A stretch of DNA of 21,347 bases from Okeania sp. (GCF_035285525.1 NZ_JAYKGW010000246.1:1-21347), one strand, 5' to 3'; positions 8,275 through 15,758 are shown, counted from the stretch's first letter. The notes: generated by a model from the letters alone, not told the origin. Made by a program: numbers and translations.

Positions 8275-8549
8275 TTTTCAATTTTAATATCATAAAAAGA
8301 CTTGGAAACTGGCTTTTATAGTTATTTTTAATTAGGACTTACCCACGAACGTTAAGAGAATCAGGCTTTGTAGGGACGGGTTACGGTTCCCGAAAAATCA
8401 CAGCTGTGCACTATTTTAGGTGAAACAGTCCACTACTAATAGCGTTCATACTATTTTCAATTTTAATATCATAACTGGACTTTTGAAAACTGGCTTTTAT
8501 AGGTAAGCATTTCCTGCGGAATGCTTACTTTTATAGTTATATTTAATTC
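8275..8549. repeat. Duplicated ~60-bp segment (8275..8333 and 8454..8549, offset 179) flanking a degenerate AGGACTTAC-family element (8334..8452)
   Basis: TTTTCAATTTTAATATCATAA...GGCTTTTATAGTTAT.TTTAATT occurs twice. Copy A abuts the start codon of the REC-kinase gene (8265). Confidence 0.8.
8503..8536. mobile_element. 26-nt hairpin insertion (GTAAGCATTTCCTGCGGAATGCTTAC) plus an 8-bp target-site duplication TTTTATAG; small-dispersed-repeat-like
   Basis: Copy B of the duplicated segment has TTTTATAG (8495..8502), then the hairpin (8503..8528), then TTTTATAG (8529..8536). Copy A has a single TTTTATAG at 8314..8321, so it serves as an empty-site comparator. Confidence 0.75.
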
Positions 8550-8554
8550 TAAAT

Positions 8555-8890
8555 TTAAGCTACTGAAAAATCAGTTAAATGCCGATTTTTAGGACGAATA
8601 AATCCTAAAATAATATCTTCTTTAGGAATCTCTAATTCTAAAAGTTCTAGAGCAATTCCTACTTCAGTTCCATCTGACTCTATCCAGATTTTTTCTCCGA
8701 CAATTCGTAGATGCAAAACAACAGCATAAACTCGCCCTGTTTCATCCCATTCTGTATCTATCAACAAGTAATTATCAGTTATTGAATCGCAAATAAATAG
8801 TGCTTCAATATTTCCATGACTTGGTTTATATTGGGCGTGTTTTTGCATTATTTGGGTAATAGTTTTTCGGTAAATTTCTAATTTAGCCAT
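8555..8890 (-). CDS. xisI: XisI family protein (intact)
   Basis: 111 aa with EKIWIESDGTEVGIALELLELEIPKEDIILGF, matching the XisI core also seen in 2445..2798. The ATG overlaps the reconstructed xisH stop (ATGGCTAAATTAG). Confidence 0.85.
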   Translation of the reverse strand: MAKLEIYRKTITQIMQKHAQYKPSHGNIEALFICDSITDNYLLIDTEWDETGRVYAVVLHLRIVGEKIWIESDGTEVGIALELLELEIPKEDIILGFIRPKNRHLTDFSVA

Positions 8891-9298
8891 TGAATAATTA
8901 CCTCCATATCTGGATTAAAAATTAACAAATAAATTGATTGGTAACTGACAATATCTTGAATAGCAGGTTGTTGAAAAAAGTCTTGATAAACTTCTTCAGG
9001 AATTGCTAAATATAATTTCCTTTCTGGGTTAACGCGACATAATATACTTCGATACATATTGTACTGCCCAATTGCTTTTTTTTTGTAGTTCAGTTACTTG
9101 TGAAGGACTATTAAAAACTTTAATTTCTACAGCAATTTTTTGTTCTGCTCTTTCAGCAGTTAATAGTTTTTCCGCTCCTAAATCTGCATATAGACGCAAT
9201 CCTTTATATTCTAAAGTATAAGGGTCATCAGTGATAGTCCAGCCTTCTTTTCTCAATCCATTCTTAACTTCGTTGTGATATAAATCGTACTGTGGCAT
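8878..9298 (-). pseudogene. xisH: xisH disrupted by a frameshift in an A9 homopolymer; a sequencing error is also possible
   Basis: The track ORF 9029..9298 gives MPQYDLYHNEVKNGLRKEGWTITDDPY...ADLGAEKLLTAERAEQKIAVEIKVF...ELQKK, then runs out of frame. Removing one A from the run at 9076..9084 restores AIGQYNMYRSILCRVNPERKLYLAIPEEVYQDFFQQPAIQDIVSYQSIYLLIFNPDMEVIIQWLN*, which is colinear with the other XisH. Confidence 0.8.
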
Positions 9299-9383
9299 TA
9301 TCTAAATTTTAATTTATTTCTTGAATATCTGAGGATTCAAAAACAATTCTTCTGCTCATTGTTTGTTTGTTGCGCAGGAGTAA

Positions 9384-9411
9384 GTAGGAACTAACTATGG
9401 TTAGTCCCTAC
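9384..9411 (-). terminator. Hairpin downstream of the ATPase stop; candidate weak intrinsic terminator
   Basis: GTAGGAACTAAC-TATG-GTTAGTCCCTAC pairs at 11 of 12 positions and lies 13 nt past the stop codon. The downstream U-tract on the minus strand is poor. Confidence 0.3.
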
Positions 9412-9423
9412 TTTATGGTCTAT

Positions 9424-12348
9424 TTAAGAAACCTTAAACCGCATTTGAATCAGTCGCCAAATTTCGCCAACCCATAAAACAATAGAAGTACCACCAATAA
9501 TTATTAACCAATCTCTTAAAGATAGAGGAACTGTTCTAAATACAACTCCACCATATTGCACTATCAAAATTTGCCCTCCGAAAATTAATGCAGCGATCGC
9601 TAGAAAACTGCTATTTTTACTAATACTAGAAAATGCAGATTCTTTTAAACCAAAACATTTAGCATTGAACATATTCCAAAATTGTAACATTACAAATGTG
9701 GTAAAAAATAAAGATAATTCATAAGGAGTTACTACCTGGTCTTTTTGGATATATAACAAGAAACCAACGAAAAATACTAAGAATATTGATGCTACTGAAA
9801 AAATACTCACTGTCATTGGTTGAGAAATAATAAAATCTTCTGGATTTCTCGGTGGTTTCTCCATGACTTTTTCACTGGGGGGTTCCGTTGCTAAAGCTAG
9901 AGCAGCAAAAGTATCCATAATCAAATTCACCCATAATAGTTGAATCACAGTAAATGGCAGATTAATGCCAATAAACGGACCTAATAAAGCTATCCCACAA
10001 GCAGCCACATTTATGGTTAACTGGAAAAGGATAAATTTCTGAATGTTTTGGTAAAGCGATCGCCCCCACATGACTGCATTTTCAATACTACCAAAAGAGT
10101 CATTCAAAATTATGATGTCACTTGCTTCCTTGGCAACAGAAGTACCACTCCCCATTGATAAACCTACCTGTGCTTGATTTAAAGCTGGTGCATCGTTAGT
10201 ACCATCTCCTGTAACTGCTACTACTTCCCCACTTGCTTGTAGTAGTTGCACAATACGTTGCTTGTCTTGGGGACGCGCTCTGGCAATCACTTTCACTTTT
10301 TGCACCATTGCTAAAGCTGCTGCATCATCCAACTCCCGGAGTTGTTTACCAGTGATACATGAATCATTAGTATCATCCTCAGTTATAATCCCAATTTCAC
10401 GACCGATTTGCATTGCTGTCAAAGGACTATCTCCAGTAATCATTTTAACTGTAACACCAGCTTTTTGACATATTGCTACTGCTGGGGGTACTTCCTCTCG
10501 TACTGGATCAGCGATCGCTAAAAAACCTAACCAAATCAATTCTTGATATTGTTGAAGTTCTTTTCCTGGTTCGTAGTTTTGAGGTTCGGGAATGTAGGCA
10601 AATCCCAAAATTCGTCTGCCAATAGTTTGACACCTATTTAATTCTTCTAAAATAGATACTTTTTGAGAACTTACCAAACTTTGAACTCCATCTGAGGTGA
10701 GAATTTGATTGCAACTGAGTAACAATAGTTCTGGCGCACCTTTAATATGAAGTATTTTTTCCTCTGTGGTAGAGGAAACTCCGAGAGTTGCCATATATTT
10801 TCTATCTGAAGAAAAAGTTAACTGATTGATGATTTCAAAATTTTCTCGTTTGTCAAGATAGTCAATTTTGTTTTTCTCTAACCACAGTAGCAAAGCTCCT
10901 TCTGTCTGATTTCCGAGAGGAATAGATTCTTGACCTTTCCTACGTTCTAAGTTAGCTGTACTGTTAGCACAGATTGCTTCAACTATAATACTGTTAGCAT
11001 TGAGAGCTTTATTTTCAAAACTAGGAAAATGTACATCACACACCTGCATTTTGTTTTGAGTCAAAGTACCTGTTTTATCAGAACAAATCACCGTTGTTGC
11101 GCCAATAGTTTCGCAAGCGTGCATCCGACGAACTAAATTATTTTGTTTAGTCATTTTTTGCATACTGTAGGCAAGACTCAGGGTGACACTTAGAGCTAAT
11201 CCTTCGGGTACGGCAACAACGATAACGGCAACAGCAATCATAAAATATGTGAGGAACTTGAGGGCGACATCTCCAGTTATCCAGTCAGTCGGAGAAGTAG
11301 GAACCCATTCTAGATAGTAACCAACTCCGATACTGATGCCAGATATTGCTAGAGCAATCAAAATATTTTTTAACCAGGCACTTGCGCTATCATCTCCCAA
11401 CCATTCGGGTACTTCTATTTCTTTACCTATTGATTCTAATCCATCTATAATTATTGGTAACCATATCCTAGTTAAGGCAACAACTAAACTAATCACAAAG
11501 ATAGTGATAATGTACCATTGTCTCAAGTTGAGGTCGAGTTCTTTGGTGAAAATACCTCTGGCGACTAAAGCAATATCAATCAAGACTGCAAAAACTAAAC
11601 CAAGAATACCAATCAAATTACTGAGACGTTCGAGTTGCAAATTTAGAGGCGTTTCTACATCTGCAATATCAAGAACACATCTAGCAGTTTTACCGATTTC
11701 TGTACCATCTCCAACTGCTGTGATTTTGATAATTCCATGTCCATCATTGACTATTGTATCACGCAAGACTTGATTGGGAGGATAAGCATAGTTAGTATCG
11801 TTGTTATAAGATAAATTTGTCTCCGCTCTTTTAGTAACTGGTCTTGCTTCCCCAGTTAAATTAGCTTCATTAACTTGTAGAGAAACTGCTTCTATTACTT
11901 GACCATCTGCTGGAATTTCGTCTCCTGTTTCTATGAGTACAAAATCCCCTACTACTAAGTCTTTTTTCGGAATAGTTGTAACGTTATTATCCCGAATTGC
12001 TGTGATTAGTATTTCATCATTTACTTGGTTCAGAATATCAAATTCTTTGTTAGCTTTATACTCATTGAAAAAAGCAACAGTTGTAGCTAGTAGAATCGCA
12101 ACAATAACTCCTAAACCTTCCACATAATTACCTTCAAAAATCCCCACAGTAATAGCAATAACAGCAGCGATTATGAGAATCCGAATTACTGGGTCATCGA
12201 ACTTTTCTAACCATAACTTCCACCAAGGGGATCGCTTAGGTGGCGTGAGGAAATTAGAACCATATTTTTCTCTACTTGCCTCAACTTCAGCTTTGGTAAG
12301 ACCTCGATGACGGCTTTGTTTTTGGTCTAGTTCTTGAGTTTTTTGCAC
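9424..12348 (-). CDS. Calcium-translocating P-type ATPase (P2 type, PMCA/PacL-like)
   Basis: The motifs LTGEA (A-domain), PEGLALSV (TM4), CSDKTGTLTQNKM (phosphorylation site), KGAPE, MITGDSPLTA and VTGDGTNDAPAL are all present. The N-terminus GLTKAEVEASREKYGSNFL is typical of cation ATPases. Length is 974 aa. Confidence 0.9.
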   Translation of the reverse strand: MQKTQELDQKQSRHRGLTKAEVEASREKYGSNFLTPPKRSPWWKLWLEKFDDPVIRILIIAAVIAITVGIFEGNYVEGLGVIVAILLATTVAFFNEYKANKEFDILNQVNDEILITAIRDNNVTTIPKKDLVVGDFVLIETGDEIPADGQVIEAVSLQVNEANLTGEARPVTKRAETNLSYNNDTNYAYPPNQVLRDTIVNDGHGIIKITAVGDGTEIGKTARCVLDIADVETPLNLQLERLSNLIGILGLVFAVLIDIALVARGIFTKELDLNLRQWYIITIFVISLVVALTRIWLPIIIDGLESIGKEIEVPEWLGDDSASAWLKNILIALAISGISIGVGYYLEWVPTSPTDWITGDVALKFLTYFMIAVAVIVVAVPEGLALSVTLSLAYSMQKMTKQNNLVRRMHACETIGATTVICSDKTGTLTQNKMQVCDVHFPSFENKALNANSIIVEAICANSTANLERRKGQESIPLGNQTEGALLLWLEKNKIDYLDKRENFEIINQLTFSSDRKYMATLGVSSTTEEKILHIKGAPELLLLSCNQILTSDGVQSLVSSQKVSILEELNRCQTIGRRILGFAYIPEPQNYEPGKELQQYQELIWLGFLAIADPVREEVPPAVAICQKAGVTVKMITGDSPLTAMQIGREIGIITEDDTNDSCITGKQLRELDDAAALAMVQKVKVIARARPQDKQRIVQLLQASGEVVAVTGDGTNDAPALNQAQVGLSMGSGTSVAKEASDIIILNDSFGSIENAVMWGRSLYQNIQKFILFQLTINVAACGIALLGPFIGINLPFTVIQLLWVNLIMDTFAALALATEPPSEKVMEKPPRNPEDFIISQPMTVSIFSVASIFLVFFVGFLLYIQKDQVVTPYELSLFFTTFVMLQFWNMFNAKCFGLKESAFSSISKNSSFLAIAALIFGGQILIVQYGGVVFRTVPLSLRDWLIIIGGTSIVLWVGEIWRLIQMRFKVS

Positions 12349-12575
12349 TGATTAATCTCCTTACTAAAATATGATTTAGTTAGTTTTTGAGTAACTTTAT
12401 TATTTTATCATTTTTGTACTAATATACCTTAAAATCAAATTTTTGTCTATAGATATTTATAATTTGGAAAATTAGTATATTTTGTTAGGTTTTGCATATA
12501 CAAAAAATTCGTAAAAAAAATTTTAGGGGTTTGGTCAGAACAGATAACGCTTTGAGCCTTTTTAGGCGTTGAAAC

Positions 12576-12637
12576 AGTATCTAGTTTTTGGCTATTGTCG
12601 TCTCAAAATGGTAAAACTTTAAGCCTAATGATCAGAA
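12576..12637 (+). repeat. ~60-bp dispersed repeat, with an inverted copy at 19009..19068
   Basis: GTATCTAGTTTTTGGCTATTGTCGTCTCAAAATGGTAAAACTTTAAGCC matches the reverse complement of 19013..19060 with a handful of mismatches. Confidence 0.75.
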
Positions 12638-12765
12638 AATTTGGCCGTAGCAGATACTCTAAACTTTTCCCTCTCTTGGTTATCCATTTCTCAACCGCTG
12701 TTCCCACTTAAGTGTTCCCTTTCTTAACTAATAAACTTTTGAGCGCAAACCCTATTTAGGATAAC

Positions 12766-13219
12766 TATAGAACCCCTAACTGTACCTTTATAGCGCTGCT
12801 TCTAGGAAACAGGTATGTAGGAAGAATGAATAGCTTATAGTATAAGGTTTTTAGCTATTGGACACCTGCTGCAATTTCTAAATATTACAGCAATGTATGA
12901 GGATGGTGAGGTACACTTAAATATCTTTGTAGGCTTCCAGTCTGTAACAACCTGGAAGGTTGTGTTACCAGAATTCGACTATTTAACAAATAATAAAATT
13001 TTGTACCTCAGGCGCCTCCGAAACTGCTGTAAGTGCGGACATTGCTATACAAAGGTGTGTTTTTTTTCGTCAGGAGTCAACCCACCCCTGACCCCTCCCA
13101 GGAGTGGAAATAGGGAAAAAGCTAGAGTTAGAGCCTTATATTCACCATCCCCCCATCTCCCCTCCCCATTTCCCCATCTCCCCAGCTAATTTTATAGAGC
13201 CGTTTAGGGGCTAACTACT
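12766..13219 (+). mobile_element. TATAGAACCCCTAA-family MITE expanded to ~450 bp by nested insertions
   Basis: The left end TATAGAACCCCTAAC (12766) and right end TTTAGGGGCTAACTA (~13206..13220) correspond to the compact 205-bp copy at 19568..19772. The shared interior is CAACCCACCCCT.ACCCC ... CCCCATCTCCCC.GCTAATTTTA.AGAG. The interior is interrupted by a GGGAACA-family fragment and a GAGGTAC-family MITE. Confidence 0.7.
12888..13029 (+). mobile_element. Complete GAGGTAC-family MITE (~142 bp) nested in the previous element
   Basis: It has an imperfect ~27-bp TIR: CAGCAATGTATGAGGATGGTGAGGTAC pairs with GTACCTCAGGCGCCTCCGAAACTGCTG. The internal hairpin is GTAACAACC-TGGAA-GGTTGTGTTAC. ORF-track entry 12893..13189 is an artefact across these repeats. 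Confidence 0.75.
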
Positions 13220-13332
13220 GAAACCAAACAAGTATTTTTGGTGAACTAGGGAGTTCTGTTAGCAGCAGAAAACATAGAAGCAACTAGATTTCCATTGAGA
13301 GATCAATTTTCTCAATAAATGTTCTTTTTTCT

Positions 13333-13462
13333 TAGGACTTACGCAAGGCAAGGTATTTACCTCATTGCGCGACTCGCAGCGCCAGCAACAGCGTTTTGCT
13401 CCGCATTCTGGACTGAAAACAATCTTAAATGTACAAAAATCGTTCCCAATGCGTAAGTCCTG
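13333..13462 (+). mobile_element. Complete 130-bp MITE (TAGGACTTACGCA ... TGCGTAAGTCCTG) with a GC-rich core
   Basis: Both TIRs are read directly. The core CAGCAACAGCGTTTTGCTCCGC and the right subterminal GTTCCCAATGCGTAAGTCCTG are shared with the copy at 19820..19964. Confidence 0.85.
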
Positions 13463-13483
13463 TTTCTATCGCAATATTAAAGA

Positions 13484-13797
13484 TCAAACAATCCATTAAC
13501 GTGACATAAGTCACTAATTTCCATGAGAAATGTCACTTAAAATCAAGGTTGTTATCACATTCATTAACCTTTGAATAATATAATAAGTCTATTGGTTAAT
13601 AACAATTATTTCTTCTCAATTAACTATTTACATATAGGAAAAATAGCAACTATTAATGTGACATCAATCACTAATATCCAGGATAAATATCACTGGAAAT
13701 TAAGGTTGTTATCACATTGAGTAACCTTTCAATAATATAATAAGTCTATTGGTTGATAACAATTATTTTTCCTCAAAATTTTACATATATTTACATA
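13484..13797 (+). repeat. Two tandem copies of a 157-bp unit at the distal end of the AT-rich upstream region
   Basis: GGTTGTTATCACATT occurs at 13547 and 13704, and AATAATATAATAAGTCTATTGGTT.ATAACAATTATTT occurs in both units. Each unit begins with a GTGA-N6-TCAC palindrome (13500..13515 and 13657..13672). Confidence 0.85.
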
Positions 13798-14325
13798 TAA
13801 AAAAAAGTGGTGGTTTTTGTTAAAAAACTTGCTAAATAGGGTATCCGTAAAATTGCTGAAACAGCAAAAAATATCTGTAACTTATCAGGTTAGTGTTAAT
13901 ACTTATTCCCTTAATTATGATTTTTTTATAGATAAAGTGTAAGTATTTTTGGGGATGTAAATAAAGAGAAAATTATTCTGTAAAATCAAAGATATTAACT
14001 TTAATATTTATCTAGTTTTAAGACCAATATATTACTCTTTATAAAAACTATTCTCTTTTAATTTTTACTTATTTGATTTTAACTATTAGCAAATTTTTAT
14101 CAAAAAAAGTATTTTTTTTGGCAATTCAAATACATTTATTATAAAATATCTCAGGATAATTGTATTTTTTATATTCAAAAAAACAGAGTAAATCATATCT
14201 AAAAAAACAGTATAAGACAATGATATATATTAAAAAAAAAACATATTTATAAATATTAAGCATCTATACATTTCTTCAAAAGAAGAAATAAATCAGTATT
14301 ATTACACAAGAATTTTTTTAAAGGG

Positions 14326-14353
14326 TTGCAAAATACTTCCGGAGGTATATAAT
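14326..14353 (+). promoter_or_regulatory. Putative sigma-70-type promoter (TTGCAA-16 nt-TATAAT) upstream of the CAP-RTX remnant
   Basis: The hexamers are read at 14326..14331 and 14348..14353, about 140 nt upstream of the remnant ATG. The paralogous position upstream of the intact gene has TTACAA-16-TATACT. Confidence 0.45.
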
Positions 14354-14493
14354 AGGTTTAGTAAAAATTGATATAAATCAAATAACAATTTTTCTTAAAA
14401 ATACATATTAAGTATTTAGTAAAATCACAATACTTTAATATAATCTTTTTTCTACTATATCAATTACTGTCGTTTATTTTGATAACAAGAACC

Positions 14494-14993
14494 ATGAAAC
14501 AACCAACTACACAAGACCAATATATGGTCGAATTAATTAACATAAGTCCCATAGAACCAGCAGGAGAAGTTGATTACTATGAGATAGACCGAAATGAAAC
14601 AGTTAGCGCACAAAATACAATTTATACAACTCCAAAAAAAACTCTAGCATTCAAACTCAACCTCAATACTTCTAGGTTATAGTCAATGGCTACTAGATAA
14701 CAACCTTCGGATGCAACTGCATTCCGATCCTGTTCTCCGGGAAAATGCTTCTGGTTTAACCACAGGAACAGGTATCTATAGTAATGTGCGCACTTAATAT
14801 TTACAAATCACAGGAACTTTCCAATAGCTAAAAGTCTTATGTTATAAGCAATTTATTCCTTCTGTTCCCAGATTCGCTGTTCCCTGCGCACACCGCTATA
14901 TAGCAATAATGGTACCGAAATGAACTAATTGCTATTGTTGATGAAATTACATGGATAGATGATAGTAATTTCATTATAGCAACAGCATTTTAG
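14494..14993 (+). pseudogene. Remnant of a CAP-domain/RTX protein gene, paralog of 17168..18835
   Basis: The first ~60 codons (MKQPTTQDQYMVELIN...LAFKLNLNT) align with 17168..17350, followed by a 5-nt deletion and frameshift near 14668. Homology then jumps from ~17386 to ~18670 of the intact copy, a ~1.28-kb internal deletion that removes the CAP core and all RTX repeats. The C-terminal codons and the stop at 14991..14993 are retained but split by a 122-bp MITE. Confidence 0.85.
14782..14903 (-). mobile_element. GGGAACA-family MITE inserted in the 3' part of the CAP-RTX remnant
   Basis: The intact copy reads ...GCTATCTATAGCAACAATGG. The remnant reads GGTATCTATAG, then 122 nt, then CAATAATGG, with TATAG repeated at both junctions. 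The reverse complement of the insert aligns with 6327..6475. Confidence 0.8.
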
Positions 14994-15043
14994 TCAGCAA
15001 TCATAGAAACTTATAGTAATCAACAATTAAAAGAAAAAGAAAA

Positions 15044-15604
15044 ATGATGCAAATATTTGGTAATAAATCGCAATTTGCCATTAGCTTTGATCTCGACCCA
15101 AATTATGCTGGAGTTTGGCTATACGGAAGATTCTGCTATTGGATTGGAAACAGACAAGTTGGCAATTTTCAACTAAGTACGTCACTGCGTGATTTACTTT
15201 GGGGATTGCGCTCTCATGTTATAGACAACGGAAATCGTGAGTATCAATCTCTTGGTGAGCTTCCTAGAGATGAATTATTCCGAACTTTAGATTATGCATT
15301 ATATGGAGATGATTTTAAGTATGAATCTATTGCCACACAAGAGTGTTGGAGCCGTTTTAATATTGGCTTTCAAATAGATATTTTTGATAGCTGGAAAATT
15401 TTTCTTTTAGATACATCATCTTGCTCGCGAATTATATACAAAAATCATCCCCACACTGATATAGTGGAATTTTGTATACCACGAGGAATGTTTGATCGGG
15501 CAATTACTAACGCTTTTAACACTTTATTTGATATTTACAATGAGGAAGTAGCTGGACTTTTGGAAAAAAATGTCTTAAATTTGAAGCAGGAAATGTGGGT
15601 TTAA
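15044..15604 (+). CDS. Hypothetical 186-aa protein; possible polymorphic-toxin immunity-type protein (Imm-like)
   Basis: It is a clean ORF in otherwise repeat-filled DNA, with no signal peptide or TM segment. The N-terminus MMQIFGNKSQFAISFDLDP..GVWLYGRFCYWIGNRQVG resembles, from memory only, the MIFGD..FAIE...W.G....I.G start of immunity proteins from Rhs/CDI-type loci. It begins 50 nt after the remnant stop. Confidence 0.6.
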   Translation: MMQIFGNKSQFAISFDLDPNYAGVWLYGRFCYWIGNRQVGNFQLSTSLRDLLWGLRSHVIDNGNREYQSLGELPRDELFRTLDYALYGDDFKYESIATQECWSRFNIGFQIDIFDSWKIFLLDTSSCSRIIYKNHPHTDIVEFCIPRGMFDRAITNAFNTLFDIYNEEVAGLLEKNVLNLKQEMWV

Positions 15605-15617
15605 AACTTTTATTATC

Positions 15618-15757
15618 GTGACTTACGCACGCGCAACGCAATTTTGTCATTGCGTCAGCAAGTGACAGCGTTTCGCTCCGCGACATGAATGCGGAGCGTT
15701 AACGCGCGTTATGCGAAGCGCATAACGCTGTCGCTTGCGCTGCGAGTCGCGCTGCTT
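15618..15757 (+). mobile_element. GC-rich MITE-like element (GTGACTTACGCA end) built as an inverted dimer of the AGCGACAGCGTTT core
   Basis: GCAAGTGACAGCGTT (15660s) pairs with AACGCTGTCGCTTGC (15720s). The internal stems are CGCTCCGC/GCGGAGCG and GCGTTATGC/GCATAACGC. The core is shared with the elements at 13333..13462 and 19820..19964. No right TIR is visible. Confidence 0.6.
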
Positions 15758-15758
15758 A

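Noticed and set aside
12893-13189. 98-aa plus-strand ORF in the ATPase upstream region.
   Set aside because: It runs across three different dispersed repeat elements and ends in the CCCCATCT tract, giving low-complexity PSP-rich translation. It is a repeat artefact.
15618-15757. The GC-rich, multi-stem segment after the 186-aa ORF was considered as a structured ncRNA (three-way-junction-like fold).
   Set aside because: The long stems arise because the segment is an inverted dimer of a MITE core that also occurs at 13333..13462 and 19820..19964. It starts with the MITE terminal motif, so a mobile-element origin explains the structure.
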